The notes beneath the pieces are model-generated. The model ran no database searches. It had not been told where the DNA came from and worked only from the letters and a program-made list of their open reading frames with translations. 24,049 bases of DNA. Source: Candidatus Iainarchaeum sp. Its GTDB lineage: Archaea > Iainarchaeota > Iainarchaeia > Iainarchaeales > GCA-2688035. Position numbers and translations under genes: made by a program. Location of the stretch: positions 1 to 24,049 of the forward strand of contig JAFCCL010000013.1 of NCBI GenBank assembly GCA_017610205.1, read 5' to 3'. This document shows positions 23,425 through 24,049 of the stretch, piece after piece; the first letter of the stretch is position 1; the number at the start of each line of letters is the position of its first letter.

Positions 23425-24049
23425 TTATTTGCCGCTGTTGTATTCTGACTGTATTTCGGTTGCACTTAGAGCTCTGTTGAAGATTTTGACTTCATCAATT
23501 AAGCCGTCAAACAACAATCCTCCGCCTGTTCTTCTGCCAATATTTAGGTTATGACTCCCTGGTTTAGTATTATCATGTGCTTTATTGCGTTCTCCTATAT
23601 TTATGCCGTTTATATAAGCGATTTCGTGTTTTCCGTTTAATGTCCAAGCCAGATGATACCATTTATTTGCCAGCCAATCGTTTTCTGCAAGTTCTTCATC
23701 TATGCAGGCACTTATTCCTTCATCGTATCCTGTAGTACCATTAGAAGTATAAGTGTGAACACACCCGCTTTGATAAATATCTAATTCATATTCTGTGTAA
23801 TGCTTTCCGACTATTGTTTGCCTGTATGGCAAGGTTGCAGGTATTTTAAACCAAGCCATCAAAGTCATCTCTTTAGCCATATCTAAGCTATCGCTATCAC
23901 TTATATCAACATAATCCACTATTCCATCAAATTGCAGGCATTTTCCGCTTGGGCACTCTGAACCAACCCAAACAGGGCCATCAGCTCCAGCGGGCTTTAG
24001 CGTGCCGTTGTTTCCATTTCCGCTGCTGTCTGATGCAATTTCGCCGCTG
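23425..24049 (-). CDS. LamG-like adhesin paralog (5' end outside window)
   Basis: Frame is open to the window edge (SGEIASDSSGNGNNGTL...ECPSGKCLQFDG); MTLMAWFK, WYHLAWT, YING, FDGLIDEVKIFNRALSATEIQSEYN. Confidence 0.9.
   Translation of the reverse strand, partial: SGEIASDSSGNGNNGTLKPAGADGPVWVGSECPSGKCLQFDGIVDYVDISDSDSLDMAKEMTLMAWFKIPATLPYRQTIVGKHYTEYELDIYQSGCVHTYTSNGTTGYDEGISACIDEELAENDWLANKWYHLAWTLNGKHEIAYINGINIGERNKAHDNTKPGSHNLNIGRRTGGGLLFDGLIDEVKIFNRALSATEIQSEYNSGK

Overview
Archaeal chromosomal segment, inferred to be from a DPANN organism (Iainarchaeota/Diapherotrites-like). Support: 'Q-x-x-LEYLMTYGWAL' class III signal peptides, CTP-dependent riboflavin kinase RibK/RbkR, a PAC2 proteasome chaperone with a C-terminal HbYX motif, and BRE/TATA promoters. 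Both ends carry members of a modular pilin-like adhesin family, in inverted orientation. These have a conserved N-terminal scaffold and exchangeable LamG or non-LamG C-terminal domains; an IS481-like remnant and an orphan gene tail lie among them. The rest holds a four-gene class III signal-peptide operon, three to four toxin-antitoxin modules (one with a stop-interrupted toxin) and a ~1,590 aa membrane-anchored surface protein. The most unusual element is an intact bacterial-type ECF sigma70-like gene under an archaeal promoter. It is one of several stand-alone, very basic proteins with Lys/Arg/Pro-rich N-terminal tails, another being GNAT-like; these may be host-directed effectors (hypothesis). 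All family calls come from reading motifs by eye; no searches were run.
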